Origin: Ranitomeya imitator
Lineage: Eukaryota
Reading direction: 5' to 3'
DNA: 64,000 nucleotides
NCBI RefSeq assembly: GCF_032444005.1
Contig: NC_091283.1
Coordinates: forward strand, 515,096,001 to 515,160,000
Each line of letters starts with the position of its first letter. Positions within the stretch are counted from its first letter, which is position 1. This document shows positions 1 to 11,640 of the stretch, piece by piece. The notes under the pieces are model-generated. The model had not been told where the DNA came from. It did no database searches and was given only the letters and a program-made list of their open reading frames with translations. A program made the translations under genes and the position numbers.

Positions 1-379
1 CCTCACAACCTATTGTATTCCTAATGGACTTTACTAGGTTGTCAACCCCATCAAGGGGGAAACAGGCCCGACCACCAATGTCAGATTGTGCTGAGGAAGA
101 GGATGATGAATGTGAGGAGTCTGAGTGGATGACGCCTTCCTCATCGGACTCAGAGCTGGATACTGCCTTCTCTTTACTGGATTTTTTAGGGGGTGCACTG
201 GCTTGTGTAATGGCCTGTAACTCTTCCCTAATTATGGCCCGTATATCTGTAACCGACATAGATGGACCCTGCATTGTTTCGGTGATACACTGGTTGCAGA
301 GTTTTTTGGGATGGGCATCTGGGAGAGGCTCGTCACATAATGCACACTGTTTGTGCTTAGACTTTTGTCTCCTTTTGGC
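1..379 (-). CDS. DIRS gag/ORF1 exon 2 (AKRRQKSKHKQCALC..., open to window edge)
   Basis: Acceptor TTCTTCACCCAG|GCC at 380/379 with upstream CTGAC branch-like motif; frame has no stop down to position 1. Confidence 0.6.
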
Positions 380-464
380 CTGGGTGAAGAAGATATTGTG
401 GAAAAGAGTGTCAGCTTTATAGGCAGAGGGGTTTTAACACTCACCCAGTGAAGCTGTATGGTAC

Positions 465-587
465 CGGATCAGGTTGTTGAAGCGTCTTCCTGGATCTGGA
501 ATCTGTGGCTTCGCTTCTGCGGCTGGCATCCGAGGACCTCCTGCTGGATGGCTCACCTGCTGGGTCCACTGACTTGCCTGGGGACAT
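465..587 (-). CDS. DIRS gag/ORF1 exon 1 (MSPGKSVDPAGEP...LQQPDP)
   Basis: ATG at 587; phase-0 donor CCG|GTACCA at 465/464. Confidence 0.55.
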
Positions 588-1338
588 GTTGCATCGCCTG
601 TGCGTTTGCAACCATCCCCCTTTTATATGCCAAGATCCGGTCTTTTTTTTTTTTTTTTTCCTCTTCACACAGCGGTGTACTGCGCCTGCACGAAACCGCG
701 CTTTCCCTCACCGCTGTGTGAGTGACCCGGAAGTACTCCAACACCTCCGGGTCAGTAAGGGGAATCTTCCACCGCTCCCCGCATGCGCGGCCGCCATTAT
801 TCCGGCCTGCGTCTGGGAGCGGTGTGCCGGCTGCCGCTGCTGCAGAAACAACGAATCGCGGACCTCTAATAAGCCGGTCCGCGTCCGGCACCTCTTTCGG
901 CCGCACTCCTGCAGCGTCGCACCGGGATTCGGGCGGCCCCTATGGACCCAGCCATCCCACATGCCGGACAGACGAGGGGGGAGCCGTCTAACGGAGTCTC
1001 CCCCGACGCTGCTTCAGGACCGCATCCCCTGCCGTTCCCGCAGAGACCGCACAGGCGGATGCTTGTGGCCCAGGTATGATCCTGTAGATTTTCCTGGAGA
1101 ATCCAGCGATCCTGTCCCCTGGGAACAGGAAACCTAAACTGAGGAGAGGGGGACCACCCCCTTTTATCTCTCTGTAGGTTTCCTGTTCCTTGGGGCGGAT
1201 CCCTATCTCTCCAGTGGGTGCTGTCATGGCGAAGGGTAAATGCTACCTTTTCAATTTTTCATCTACGATGTTACCAATGAAATCTGCAGTAATATCTCGT
1301 TAGATTATCATTAGGCTTCTCTCCATTCTTTTTCTTAC

Positions 1339-1420
1339 TTTCTGATCTCTGGGTCTTGTGGAATATTTTTTTTTCAAATTCTTGCTGCTCCGACAATGAT
1401 GGGAATGTGCAATCATAATA
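1339..1420 (-). CDS. COPZ2: Coatomer zeta-2 coding exon 3 (YYDCTFPSLSEQQEFEKKIFHKTQRSE)
   Basis: 82-nt exon, ATTACAG| acceptor and |GTAAGA donor; matches zeta-COP [23 protein letters not shown]; synteny with NFE2L1. Confidence 0.9.
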
Positions 1421-1671
1421 CTGTAATAGGAGAAGAGAAATTGCCATATTGGAGGGAAGAGAAATAGACTAGTGTTGATTATTACATCTGATACAGTGCA
1501 TGCCAATGTGATATTGTCGGGGTGCTGCTAGAGGTGCAGGAGACGAGTGGTTTTTGGAGCATAAATATATGTATGGACACAAAAGAGGAGATACACTTAA
1601 ACCAGCCTTGTACACATTTGGATACAATTCATTTTTTTGGGGCTCAAAGAATTGTCTGTGTGGCTCACTCT

Positions 1672-2189
1672 TTAAAGGGAACCTGTCACCCCCCTCAGGC
1701 GTTTGTAACTAAAAAAGCCATCTTGTGCAGCACTAATGCTGCATTCTGACAAGGTGGCTCTTTTAGTTATGATGCCTGCACACGCTGAAATAAACGTTTA
1801 TAAAATGTGCCCCCTCATACCGTGAAATGTTCCCAGAGGCGGGTCTTTCCCTCCTAATTAGACGCAGCACAGCTGTCACTCTGGGCCTGTGCGCGCCGGG
1901 CACCGCCTCCACATGCTGCATTATCGTCCCCGGCGCCTGCGCATTGTTTTTTTTTTCCGGGCGTGCGCAGTTGCGCTGCCCTTCGTACTTACAGCGCAGG
2001 CGTCAGGGACGATAATGCAGCAAGAGGCGGCGCCCGGCGCGCACAGGCCCGGAGTGACGGCTGTGCTGCAACTGATTAGGAGGGAAAGACCCGCGTGTGC
2101 AGGCATCATAACTAAAAGAGCCACCTTGTCAGAATGCAGGTGGCTCTTTTAGTTACAAACGCCTGAGGGGGGTGACAGGTTCCCTTTAA
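1672..2189. mobile_element. T2/Kolobok-type MITE, palindromic over most of its length
   Basis: TTAA-AGGGAACCTGTCACCCCCC ... GGGGGGTGACAGGTTCCCT-TTAA termini; arms are reverse complements. Confidence 0.85.
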
Positions 2190-2519
2190 GGGGGTGTCCT
2201 AGGACTAGTCGTGGGGATTCAACACTTCCACCAATCAGCTGCATCTCCCACTGCCTCCAGGATGTAAACAGTCACAGAACCAAAATGGCACAGCTCCATA
2301 CACTGCGTAGTGTCCGTTCTTGGTTACTGTAGCTTAGCTCCTATTAACATCAATAGAGCGTCTCAGCTGCAAAAGCCAAAAACGAACACTACACAGTGTA
2401 TGAAGCCGTGCAGTTTCATTGCTGAAAGGAGCTAACATCTGTCCCGCACCTACCATTCCAGGCCCCACCGATGTGATACTAATGACCTATCATAATGATA
2501 AGTCCTGAACAACTCTTAA
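2186..2519. mobile_element. Second T2-type MITE sharing the TTAA with the previous element
   Basis: TTAAGGGGGTGTCCTAGGACT ... AGTCCTGAACAACTCTTAA imperfect TIRs. Confidence 0.45.
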
Positions 2520-2676
2520 TAAAAATGCAATAAAAAAGTGCTTAAGACATGCATCTTTCCATTAAAGTGATTTAGTTTATTCATGTTCTTCATATCAAAG
2601 CAGAAACTATGAGATAGTATTAGTCAAATAAGAATGTGTCATTTCCAAACGCATGCAGTGCACACATCAGTATTAC

Positions 2677-2745
2677 TTTGGCTACAAGTCGATGCCCGTC
2701 CTGATCCAAAATGATGACAGCGCGCACTGTGTATAACGTGGGATC
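2677..2745 (-). CDS. COPZ2: Coatomer zeta-2 coding exon 2 (DPTLYTVRAVIILDQDGHRLVAK)
   Basis: 69-nt phase-0 exon, TTCTGCAG| acceptor and |GTAATA donor; matches [23 protein letters not shown] of zeta-COP. Confidence 0.92.
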
Positions 2746-4570
2746 CTGCAGAAGACACCAACAAAACATGTCTTGGACGGTTATTTATACACATGGTTGA
2801 AAAGAAGCAATGTGATGTAACCCAAAGTAATCCACCAGATACTAGATTCTAGACCCTTCCCAAAATGTGATGCACACATATACATCATACATACTAGCTC
2901 CATATCCATACCCTAAGGGCAGGCGCCAATGGCCATAGATTCGTCCGAGAGAATTGGGTCAATTATGCAATCAACACTCTGATCGGACTCTGTCAGGATG
3001 AGATCATAGTGTGCTCTGATTCCCCCAGATGAGAAGATGGAGAAAAATGTCTCCATCCTAAGACAAAGCAGAAAGATGTTTCCCACGCACTTATTGACTT
3101 GCATGGCCGAGTGTGATCCAAATATTGGATGAAACTTGGGCATGCAACGAACTTCTTCCTTGGACAGTCTCTGTCCGAGAAAAAAACTGGACATATACAC
3201 TGCCTCATTGACTAACATTAGTCTGAGTGTAAACCGATGTTTTGCCGGATCACACTTGGGCCACAATTAGGGAAGTCTGCACGAGCCTTAAAAGGCGTAT
3301 TCCCATCTCCAAGATCCTATCCCAATATGCAGTGCGTAAAGCAAGAAGCTGTAGGAGAGATCAGCCCAAATAGGGTCTTATCCGAGAAATACAGGTAGCT
3401 TTACCCCCAGATTAAACTCACCTGTTCAACCTGTTATAACAGCATATTATGTACAACGTCAGCCGCAGCGGATCCATGGGTCAGCAAGTGACCATCAGAC
3501 ATCAGGGGGTAAAAGGAGCTAGTGGACAATTTCCGCGCTGCCGACGGGATTGAGACACACGTCCCAGTATAGTAAAATAAGTTGGTGGTTTATTTCAATG
3601 TGTTTCGAAGTACAGAGTTACTTCCTGTATAATTTCTGTATAATAGAATAACGTCATTTAAAACTGAACAATAAAAACTGTTTTACTAATAGGACTTGCA
3701 ATCGGACCCTGAAAAGAAGAGATGAAAATTGATGCCGTGAATTTACCAAGAAGAAAGAATTTGAAAGGAGCCCATGTGTGGCAAGCCCTGAGGACGACTG
3801 GATGACTAAACAGTGCCCCTCATCAGTGAGCTATCTCACCAGAAGGGAAAGGACCATAAAGTTACTTCCCATTATTTAATTGTTCTTGTGATGCAGCTCT
3901 TATCATAAACTTGAATGAAATAAAACCTTATTTTTTGCTTTAATACTTTTAACTGTGTGTGCTGTGTTCATCTTTATTTGTTTGTTTTGAAAAAAAGTGT
4001 AAAGCATTAAAAACCAAGAGTTTCTACCAGGGATTAACAATAAGGAATTATTTATTCCACGAGAACAATTAAATAATGGGAATTAACTTTTTGGTTAAAT
4101 CTGTCTGTTTAGCCTTTGCTGGTTATTAAAAATAAGGGGGACCCCACATCCTTTTTTTAGGGTCCCCGCTGTCTATTTGGACTGTACGGTCTGTGAATTT
4201 ACTGTACTCGGCTGATGAAATGTAGGGTTTCCTTGGAGATGGGTGGTAAAAATCGGACAGTGCATGCATGGCCCTTGTGCTGTGTGATTTTTTTTTTTAT
4301 CGCACCCATTGACTTGCATTTGTGAGTGCGATCCGATTCTCGCAGTCGCCGCATTCTGTGATTATTTTCTCAGTCCAATCCGAGCACTGACTCATTTACT
4401 AACATTGCTTGCACTCGTCTGATTTATATGCTTGTGTGAGCGTGCCCTTACCCTATTTCACACCACTTGGATTATTTTTCCTTGTTTCCCAGTTGCATTA
4501 TTTGATTAAACGGATCGTGTCATTCAAAACTACAACTTGTCCAGCAAAAAACAAGCCCAGCTGGCTGTTA

Positions 4571-4949
4571 GGGTATGTGTCCACGGGCCGGATTACATCC
4601 GGATTAGCTGTGGATTGAACGCTGCGTACAGCCGCAGCGTTCAACCCGCAGCGTCCAGATGTTACAGCCTAGTAGAGGGGATTTTATGAAATGTCATCTC
4701 CACTATGCGTGCGAACACGCACCCGGCGGCCCTGCATATACGGACGTGGAGACTGCAGCATGTCTGTTTACCTTGCGGTGACGCTCCGTCGCCGCAAGGT
4801 AAATATCACTGTCCTATGTATGGGGTGCGGCAATTCCAGATGTGTTCAATCTGGAATCACCACTCGTACAGAAGGGGGCGACGCTTTGGGCAGAGTGGGG
4901 TTTCCGCTCCGTCCAAAGCGCTGACAATGCGGCCCGTGGAGACGCACCC
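4571..4949. mobile_element. PIF/Harbinger-like MITE
   Basis: TTA TSD on both sides; TIR GGGTATGTGTCCACGG / CCGTGGAGACGCACCC. Confidence 0.7.
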
Positions 4950-5222
4950 TTACTGACCACACTACTCTTCTCTTTATTGGTCTCATGGGTGACTGTAAAC
5001 TCCTGCCATTTGTGACAGGTAATCTGGGGGCTGTAGCTGTAATACGGGGTACATGTCCCCAGTCCACATAAAACCACAGGAAATCACTGGGTTTAGTGCA
5101 TTCCCCGCAGATTTACTGGATACAGTAGTACAGCCATGCTCGCTATGTGGAGTCATTTACCCCTTCTGCTCCTCTCCATCTTGCTCCAGTCCAAAGAGTT
5201 GGTGAACGATTCTTTGATCTCA

Positions 5223-5625
5223 GGCTACTTTCACACTTGCGTTTTTTGCAATCCGTCGTTTTGGGCAAAAAACGGATCCTGCAAATGTGCCTGCAGGATG
5301 CGTTTTTTGCCCATAGACTTGTATTAGCGACGGATCGCGACGTGTGGCCACACGTCGCGTCCGTTGTGCGACGGATCCGTCGTGTTTTGGCGGACCGTCG
5401 TCACAAAAAAGTTCAATGTAACGTTTTTTTGTCGCGTCCGCCATTTTCTACCGCACATGCGCAGCCGAAACTCCGCCCCCTCCTCCCTGGACTTCAGAAT
5501 GGGCAGCGGATGTGTTGAAAAACGGCATCCGCTGCCCACGCCGTGCGCAAATTTCACAACGTGTGTCGGTACATCGGCCCGACGCATAACGACGGACCCG
5601 TACCGATGCTAGTGTGAAAGTAGCC
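5223..5625. mobile_element. Harbinger-like MITE (1 of 3 in tandem)
   Basis: TIR GGCTACTTTCACACT / AGTGTGAAAGTAGCC; palindromic interior. Confidence 0.8.
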
Positions 5626-5628
5626 TTA

Positions 5629-6040
5629 GGCTTCTTTCACACTAGCGTCGGGCCCGGCCCGTCGCAGTGCGTCGGGCCGAGGTTACCGACGCTAGCGTTG
5701 CCTCCGCCGCACAACGGGTGCAGCGGATGCTGCTTTTCAGCGCATCCGCTGCCCCATTGTGAGGTGCGGGGAGGTGGGGGAGGAGTTCCGGCCGCGCATG
5801 CGCGGTCGGAAAAGACGGTCCGTCGGCTGCAAAAAATGTTACATGGAACGTTTTTTGCGGCCGACGGTTGGCCGAAAAACGGCGCAACCGTCGCGCGACG
5901 GTTGCGACGTGTGGCAATCCGTCGCGTAATGTTAGTCAATGGAGAAAAAACGCATCCTGCAAACACTTTTTCAGGATGCGTTTTTTCTGCAAAACGACGC
6001 ATTGTGACGGATTGCAGTTAACGCTAGTGTGAAAGTAGCC
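5629..6040. mobile_element. Harbinger-like MITE (2 of 3)
   Basis: TIR GGCTTCTTTCACACT / AGTGTGAAAGTAGCC; TTA flanks. Confidence 0.8.
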
Positions 6041-6044
6041 TTAA

Positions 6045-6557
6045 GGCTACTTTCACACATTAGGCTTTTTGTTTCAGACACAATCCGGCCAATGTTAGAA
6101 AAAACGGATCCGTTGCAAATAGTGAAAAAACTGATGCAACAGATCCGTTTTTCTGCTGGATCCAGTTTTCACTTTTAACATGGAGTTTACATTGACCATC
6201 GAGAGAGAGATCTCCATGATTTCAATAGAAAAGGCTTTGAAAACTGGATCCGGACGCCGCATTCAATGTTTCACATGGCCGTTTCACGCGTTTTTGGCCG
6301 GTTCCGTCACTGTGCGCTTTTTTCGCCGCACAAAAAATCGTCCATCTGGATGTTTTCTCCAGCTGCCGGAAACGACTATTTGGATGGATCTGGGAAAAAA
6401 AGGATGAAACATCTGGCCATCAGGCGCAATCCAGCGCTAATACAACTCTATGAGAAAAAAATGGATCCGGCGTAAAAAAAAAAAACGGATCCGTTTTTTT
6501 TTTTTTTAAATTGCCGGATTGTGCCTGAAACAAAAAGCCTGATGTGTGAAAGTAGCC
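6045..6557. mobile_element. Harbinger-like MITE (3 of 3)
   Basis: TIR GGCTACTTTCACACA / TGTGTGAAAGTAGCC; TAA flanks. Confidence 0.8.
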
Positions 6558-6614
6558 TAACCCAGCAATCGCAGTCCAAGCCTAGTGGATGAGATTCTAT
6601 GGAATTCTCCAGAG

Positions 6615-8300
6615 TGTGATGTGACACCCCTGGTGTGTAATGTAACCCCTGCTGTATGATGTGACTCGTCCTGCTGTGTGATGTCACTCCTGCTGTGTAA
6701 TGTGAGCATTACTGTGTAATGTCAGCGCTGCTGTGTGATGCGAGCGCTGCTGTGTAATGTAACCCCTGCTGTGTGATGCGAGCGCTGCTGTGTAATGTCA
6801 GCACTGCTGTGATGTGACCACTGCTGTGTAACATGACCCCTGCTGTGTAATGTGAGCACTGCTGTGTAATGTTAACGCTGCTGTGATGTCAGCACTGCTG
6901 TGTAATGTGACTCCTGCTGTGTAATGTTAGCACTGCTGTTTGATGTGACCCCTGCTGTGTGATGTGACCCCTGCTGTGTGATATGACTCATGCTGTGTGA
7001 TGTGACCCCTGCTGTGTGATATGACTCATGTTGTGTGATGTGACACCTGCTGTGTGATGTGACCCCTGCTGTGTGATGTGACCCCTGCTGTGTGATGTGA
7101 CTACTGCTGTGTGATGTGACCCCTGCTGTGTGATGTGACCCATGCTGTGTGATGTGACCCCTGCTGTGTGATGTGACCCCAGCTGTGTGATGTGACCCCT
7201 GCTGTGTGATGTGACCCCTGCTGTGTGATGTGACACCTGCTGTGTGATGTGACACCTGCTGTGTGATGTGACACCTGCTGTGTGATGTGACCCCTGCTGT
7301 GTGATGTGACCCCTGCTGTGTGATGTGACACCTGCTGTGTGATGTGACACCTGCTGTGTGATGTGACACCTGCTGTGTGATGTGACCACTGCTGTGTGAT
7401 GTTAGCACTGCTGTTTGATGTGACCCCTGCTGTGATGTGACCCCTGCTGTGTGATGTGACCCCTGCTGTGTGATGTGACACCTGCTGTGTGATGTGACTA
7501 CTGCTGTGTGATGTGACCCCTGCTGTGTGATGTTAGCACTGTTTGATGTGACCCCTGCTGTGTGATGTGACCCCTGCTGTGTGATGTGACCCCTGCTGTG
7601 TGATGTGACACCTGCTGTGTGATGTGACACCTGCTGTGTGATGTGACACCTGCTGTGTGATGTGACCCCTGCTGTGTGATGTGACACCTGCTGTGTGATG
7701 TGACCCCTGCTGTGTGATGTGACCCCTGCTGTGTGATGTGACACCTGCTGTGTGATGTGACACCTGCTGTGTGATGTGACACCTGCTGTGTGATGTGACC
7801 ACTGCTGTGTGATGTTAGCACTGCTGTTTGATGTGACCCCTGCTGTGTGATGTGACCCCTGCTGTGTGATGTGACCCCTGCTGTGTGATGTGACACCTGC
7901 TGTGTGATGTGACTACTGCTGTGTGATGTGACCCCTGCTGTGTGATGTTAGCACTGCTGTTTGATGTGACCCCTGCTGTGTGAGGTGACCCCTGCTGTGT
8001 GAGGTGACCCATGCTGTGTGATCTGACCCCTGCTGTGCGATGTGACACCTGCTGTGTGATGTGACCCCTGCTGTGTGATGTGACACCTGCTGTGTGATGT
8101 GACACCTGCTGTGTGATGTGACCCCTGCTGTGTGATGTTAGCACTGCTGTTTGATGTGACCCCTGCTGTGTGAGGTGACCCATGCTGTGTGATGTGACCC
8201 CTGCTGTGTGATCTGACCCCTGCTGTGCGATGTGACACCTGCTGTGCGATGTGACTTCTGCTGTGTAATGTCAGCTCTGCTGTGTAATGTGATCAATTCC
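6615..8300. repeat. 19-bp minisatellite (TGCTGTGTGATGTGACCCC)n in COPZ2 intron 1
   Basis: Direct reading; degenerate at both ends, homogeneous in the middle; source of the His/Gln/Thr-rich pseudo-ORFs. Confidence 0.95.
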
Positions 8301-8584
8301 TGTAGTAACAATTGTGATAGACTGACCATACAATCCACCAGTTTGGATGTTACCCCTTGTATTTGATAGGGAATCCTTTCCTGATCCTCACAGTTTCCTT
8401 CTTACTTTCGGACATTTTTTCCGCACAGAACATTTCAGTTGCAGAAACCCCATTCACGTGTACAGGATATGGATTGATGTCAGGCAAATGGATACCTGAG
8501 CCAAAACTGCCCATTCTGAATGTAAGCTTGTAACTTGTAAGCACACACACATTTTATATAACGACATGTGATATCTATGGGCTA

Positions 8585-10810
8585 TTCTGGTGTACACTAG
8601 TTGTCTGTGCTCCGGTCCCCAGTGTACACTGGTCTGTCTGTGCTCCGGTCCCCAGTGTACACTAGTTGTCTGTGCTCCGGTTCCCAGTGTACACTAGTTG
8701 TCTGTGCTCCGGTCCCCAGTGTACACTGGTCTGTCTGTGCTCCGGTCCCCAGTGTACACTAGTCTGTCTGTGCTCCGGTCCCCAGTGTACACTGGTCTGT
8801 CTGTGCTCCTGTCCCCAGTGTACACTAGTCTGTCTGTGCTCCTGTCCCCAGTGTACACCAGTCTGTCTGTGCTCCGGTTCCCAGTGTACACGTCTGTCTG
8901 TGCTCCTGTCCCCAGTGTACACTAGTCTGTCTGTGCTCCTGTCCCCAGTGTACACTAGTCTGTCTGTGCTCCTGTCCCCAGTGTACACTAGTTGTCTGTG
9001 CTCCTGTCCCCAGTGTACACCAGTCTGTCTGTGCTCCGGTTCCCAGTGTACACCAGTCTGTCTGTGCTCCTGTCCCCAGTGTACACTGGTCTGTCTGTGC
9101 TCCTGTCCCCAGTGTACACAGGTCTGTCTGTGCTCCGGTCCCCAGTGTACACCGGTCTGTCTGTGCTCCGGTCCCCAGTGTACACCAGTCTGTCTGTGCT
9201 CCGGTCCCCAGTGTACACCAGTCTGTCTGTGCTCCTGTCCCCAGTGTACACCAGTCTGTCTGTGCTCCTGTCCCCAGTGTACACCAGTCTGTCTGTGCTC
9301 CTGTCCCCAGTGTACACCAGTCTGTCTATGCTCCTGTCCCCAGTGTACACCAGTCTGTCTGTGCTCCTGTCCCCAGTGTACACCAGTCTGTCTGTGCTCC
9401 TGTCCCCAGTGTACACCAGTCTGTCTGTGCTCCTGTCCCCAGTGTACACTGGTCTGTCTGTGCTCCGGTCCCCAGTGTACACCAGTCTGTCTGTGCTCCG
9501 GTCCCCAGTGTACACCAGTCTGTCTGTGCTCCTGTCCCCAGTGTACACCAGTCTGTCTGTGCTCCTGTCCCCAGTGTACACCAGTCTGTCTGTGCTCCTG
9601 TCCCCAGTGTACACCAGTCTGTCTGTGCTCCTGTCCCCAGTGTACACCAGTCTGTCTGTGCTCCTGTCCCCAGTGTACACCAGTCTGTCTGTGCTCCTGT
9701 CCCCAGTGTACACCAGTCTGTCTGTGCTCCTGTCCCCAGTGTACACCAGTCTGTCTGTGCTCCGGTCCCCAGTGTACACCAGTCTGTCTGTGCTCCTGTC
9801 CCCAGTGTACACCGGTCTGTCTGTGCTCCTGTCCCCAGTGTACACCGGTCTGTCTGTGCTCCTGTCCCCAGTGTACACAGGTCTGTCTGTGCTCCTGTCC
9901 CCAGTGTACACAGGTCTGTCTGTGCTCCTGTCCCCAGTGTACACCGGTCTGTCTGTGCTCCTGTCCCCAGTGTACACAGGTCTGTCTGTGCTCCTGTCCC
10001 CAGTGTACACCAGTCTGTCTGTGCTCCTGTCCCCAGTGTACACCAGTCTGTCTGTGCTCCTGTCCCCAGTGTACACCGGTCTGTCTGTGCTCCTGTCCGC
10101 AGTGTACACCAGTCTGTCTGTGCTCCTGTCCCCAGTGTACACCGGTCTGTCTGTGCTCCGTTTCCCAGTGTACACAGGTCTGTCTGTGCTCCTGTCCGCA
10201 GTGTACACCGGTCTGTCTGTGCTCCTGTCCCCAGTGTACACCAGTCTGTCTGTGCTCCTGTCCCCAGTGTACACCAGTCTGTCTGTGCTCCTGTCCCCAG
10301 TGTACACCAGTCTGTCTGTGCTCCTGTCCCCAGTGTACACCGGTCTGTCTGTGCTCCGTTTCCCAGTGTACACAGGTCTGTCTGTGCTCCTGTCCGCAGT
10401 GTACACAGGTCTGTCTGTGCTCCTGTCCCCAGTGTACACAGGTCTGTCTGTGCTCCTGTCCGCAGTGTACACCGGTCTGTCTGTGCTCCTGTCCCCAGTG
10501 TACACCAGTCTGTCTGTGCTCCTGTCCCCAGTGTACACCAGTCTGTCTGTGCTCCTGTCCCCAGTGTACACCGGTCTGTCTGTGCTCCTGTCCGCAGTGT
10601 ACACCAGTCTGTCTGTGCTCCTGTCCCCAGTGTACACCGGTCTGTCTGTGCTCCGTTTCCCAGTGTACACAGGTCTGTCTGTGCTCCTGTCCGCAGTGTA
10701 CACAGGTCTGTCTGTGCTCCTGTCCGCAGTGTACACAGGTCTGTCTGTGCTCCTGTCCGCAGTGTACACAGGTCTGTCTGTGCTCCTGTCCCCAGTGTAC
10801 ACCAGTCTGT
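8585..10810. repeat. 33-bp minisatellite (AGTGTACACCAGTCTGTCTGTGCTCCTGTCCCC)n, roughly 65-70 copies
   Basis: 11-aa periodicity in four ORFs; leftmost units are 32-bp variants. Confidence 0.97.
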
Positions 10811-10884
10811 AACTATCGTATCGTACAATATCCCGATACACGGTGACGAGCGGTATGACACACGGTTACTCGTCCTCCTCGTAC

Positions 10885-10923
10885 CGATAAACTCTCCATC
10901 GGACTGGCAGCCAGCTCGCACAT
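10885..10923 (-). CDS. COPZ2: Coatomer zeta-2 coding exon 1 (MCELAASP-MESLS); start at 10923 or 10899
   Basis: MESLS resembles zeta-COP N-termini (MEALIL type); phase-0 donor TCG|GTACGA fits phase-0 exon 2; lies at the edge of the CpG-rich promoter. Confidence 0.65.
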
Positions 10924-10929
10924 CTTGAA

Positions 10930-11640
10930 GGAAATGTCTTTAAATTATAGCTCCGCCCACTGCATTATCGCTCCGCCCACGATACACCGCCCTCTCACGT
11001 GGAAGCCGCCTTCTTCTGTTTCTACACGACTCCGCCCCCTGAGCGCCCCACACCCCAGAGGTGATAAAACTCCCAGTAACAGTGACCACGCCCTTTCTCC
11101 TCCCCTAACGCAATGGCGTATCGGATACTGTTTACGAAGTGGCGTCACACGCACCGAAACTTCCAGAACGTCTGACGTAACACGTAATATTTTTGCAAGT
11201 CACTGTCGGGGCCTGTGCCCGTTCCTTTCTTCGTTCTGACTCGCCGTCATGTCCAAACGGGCAGCAGCTTTTCATAATTGACCTGTGCGCAGCGGGCTGA
11301 TAACTAGGGAGACAGAATGGGTTAAAGAGAGGTGAAAGCGCTTCTGCCAGCTGATAGGTGGAGTCGGGAGCCTGTCAATGACGTCATCCTAGCATGTTGG
11401 CGCTAGGGCGCGTGATTAGCCGCCGAACTGTCAGTGACAGTTAAGTGGTGTGGTCTCATTCTCTCTTCCCATTGGCCGCCTCTTGTGCTGCTCTCCGTTG
11501 ATTGGTTGCCTGTAGTGTGGGCTTGTCCTCGGCTTGTGTACCTGTAGTGTAGGAGATCTGTGATTGGTGGAGGGCGGGTTGTCTGTTTTGCCGGGGATGC
11601 GGAAGTGATAGTTGGGCTGCGGGTGCGGGTACACGGGCGG
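10930..11640. promoter_or_regulatory. Bidirectional CpG-rich promoter shared by COPZ2 and NFE2L1
   Basis: GC boxes CTCCGCCC (10951, 10971, 11031), CACGTG (~10996), TGACGTAA (~11174), TGACGTCA (11379), three ATTGG/CCAAT boxes (~11471-11566), ETS CGGAAGTG (11600). Confidence 0.75.

Larger units (their letters stand above)
1..1240 (-). mobile_element. DIRS-type (tyrosine-recombinase) retrotransposon, 5' part, in COPZ2 intron 3; runs off the left edge
   Basis: Minus-strand reading frame with CxxC..CxxC knuckle (KQCALCDEPLPDAHPKKLCNQC) followed by Ser-rich and CFPLDGVDNLVKSIRNTI segments, typical of amphibian DIRS gag; terminal hairpin GGAACAGGAAACCT..AGGTTTCCTGTTCC at ~1122-1189; same layout as the element at 36620-39095. 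Confidence 0.75.

Noticed and set aside
3400-3480. Strong minus-strand donor CAG|GTGAGT in COPZ2 intron 1
   Set aside because: No convincing acceptor or COPZ-like coding sequence upstream; cannot support an exon
6872-8338. His/Gln/Thr-rich ORFs
   Set aside because: Translations of the 19-bp minisatellite
8662-10921. 531-726-aa ORFs on both strands
   Set aside because: By-product of a stop-free 33-bp tandem repeat inside COPZ2 intron 1; no unique domain
11082-11091. ARE-like GTGACCACGC in the NFE2L1/COPZ2 promoter (possible autoregulation)
   Set aside because: A short degenerate match expected by chance that overlaps a GC/KLF box; no supporting evidence
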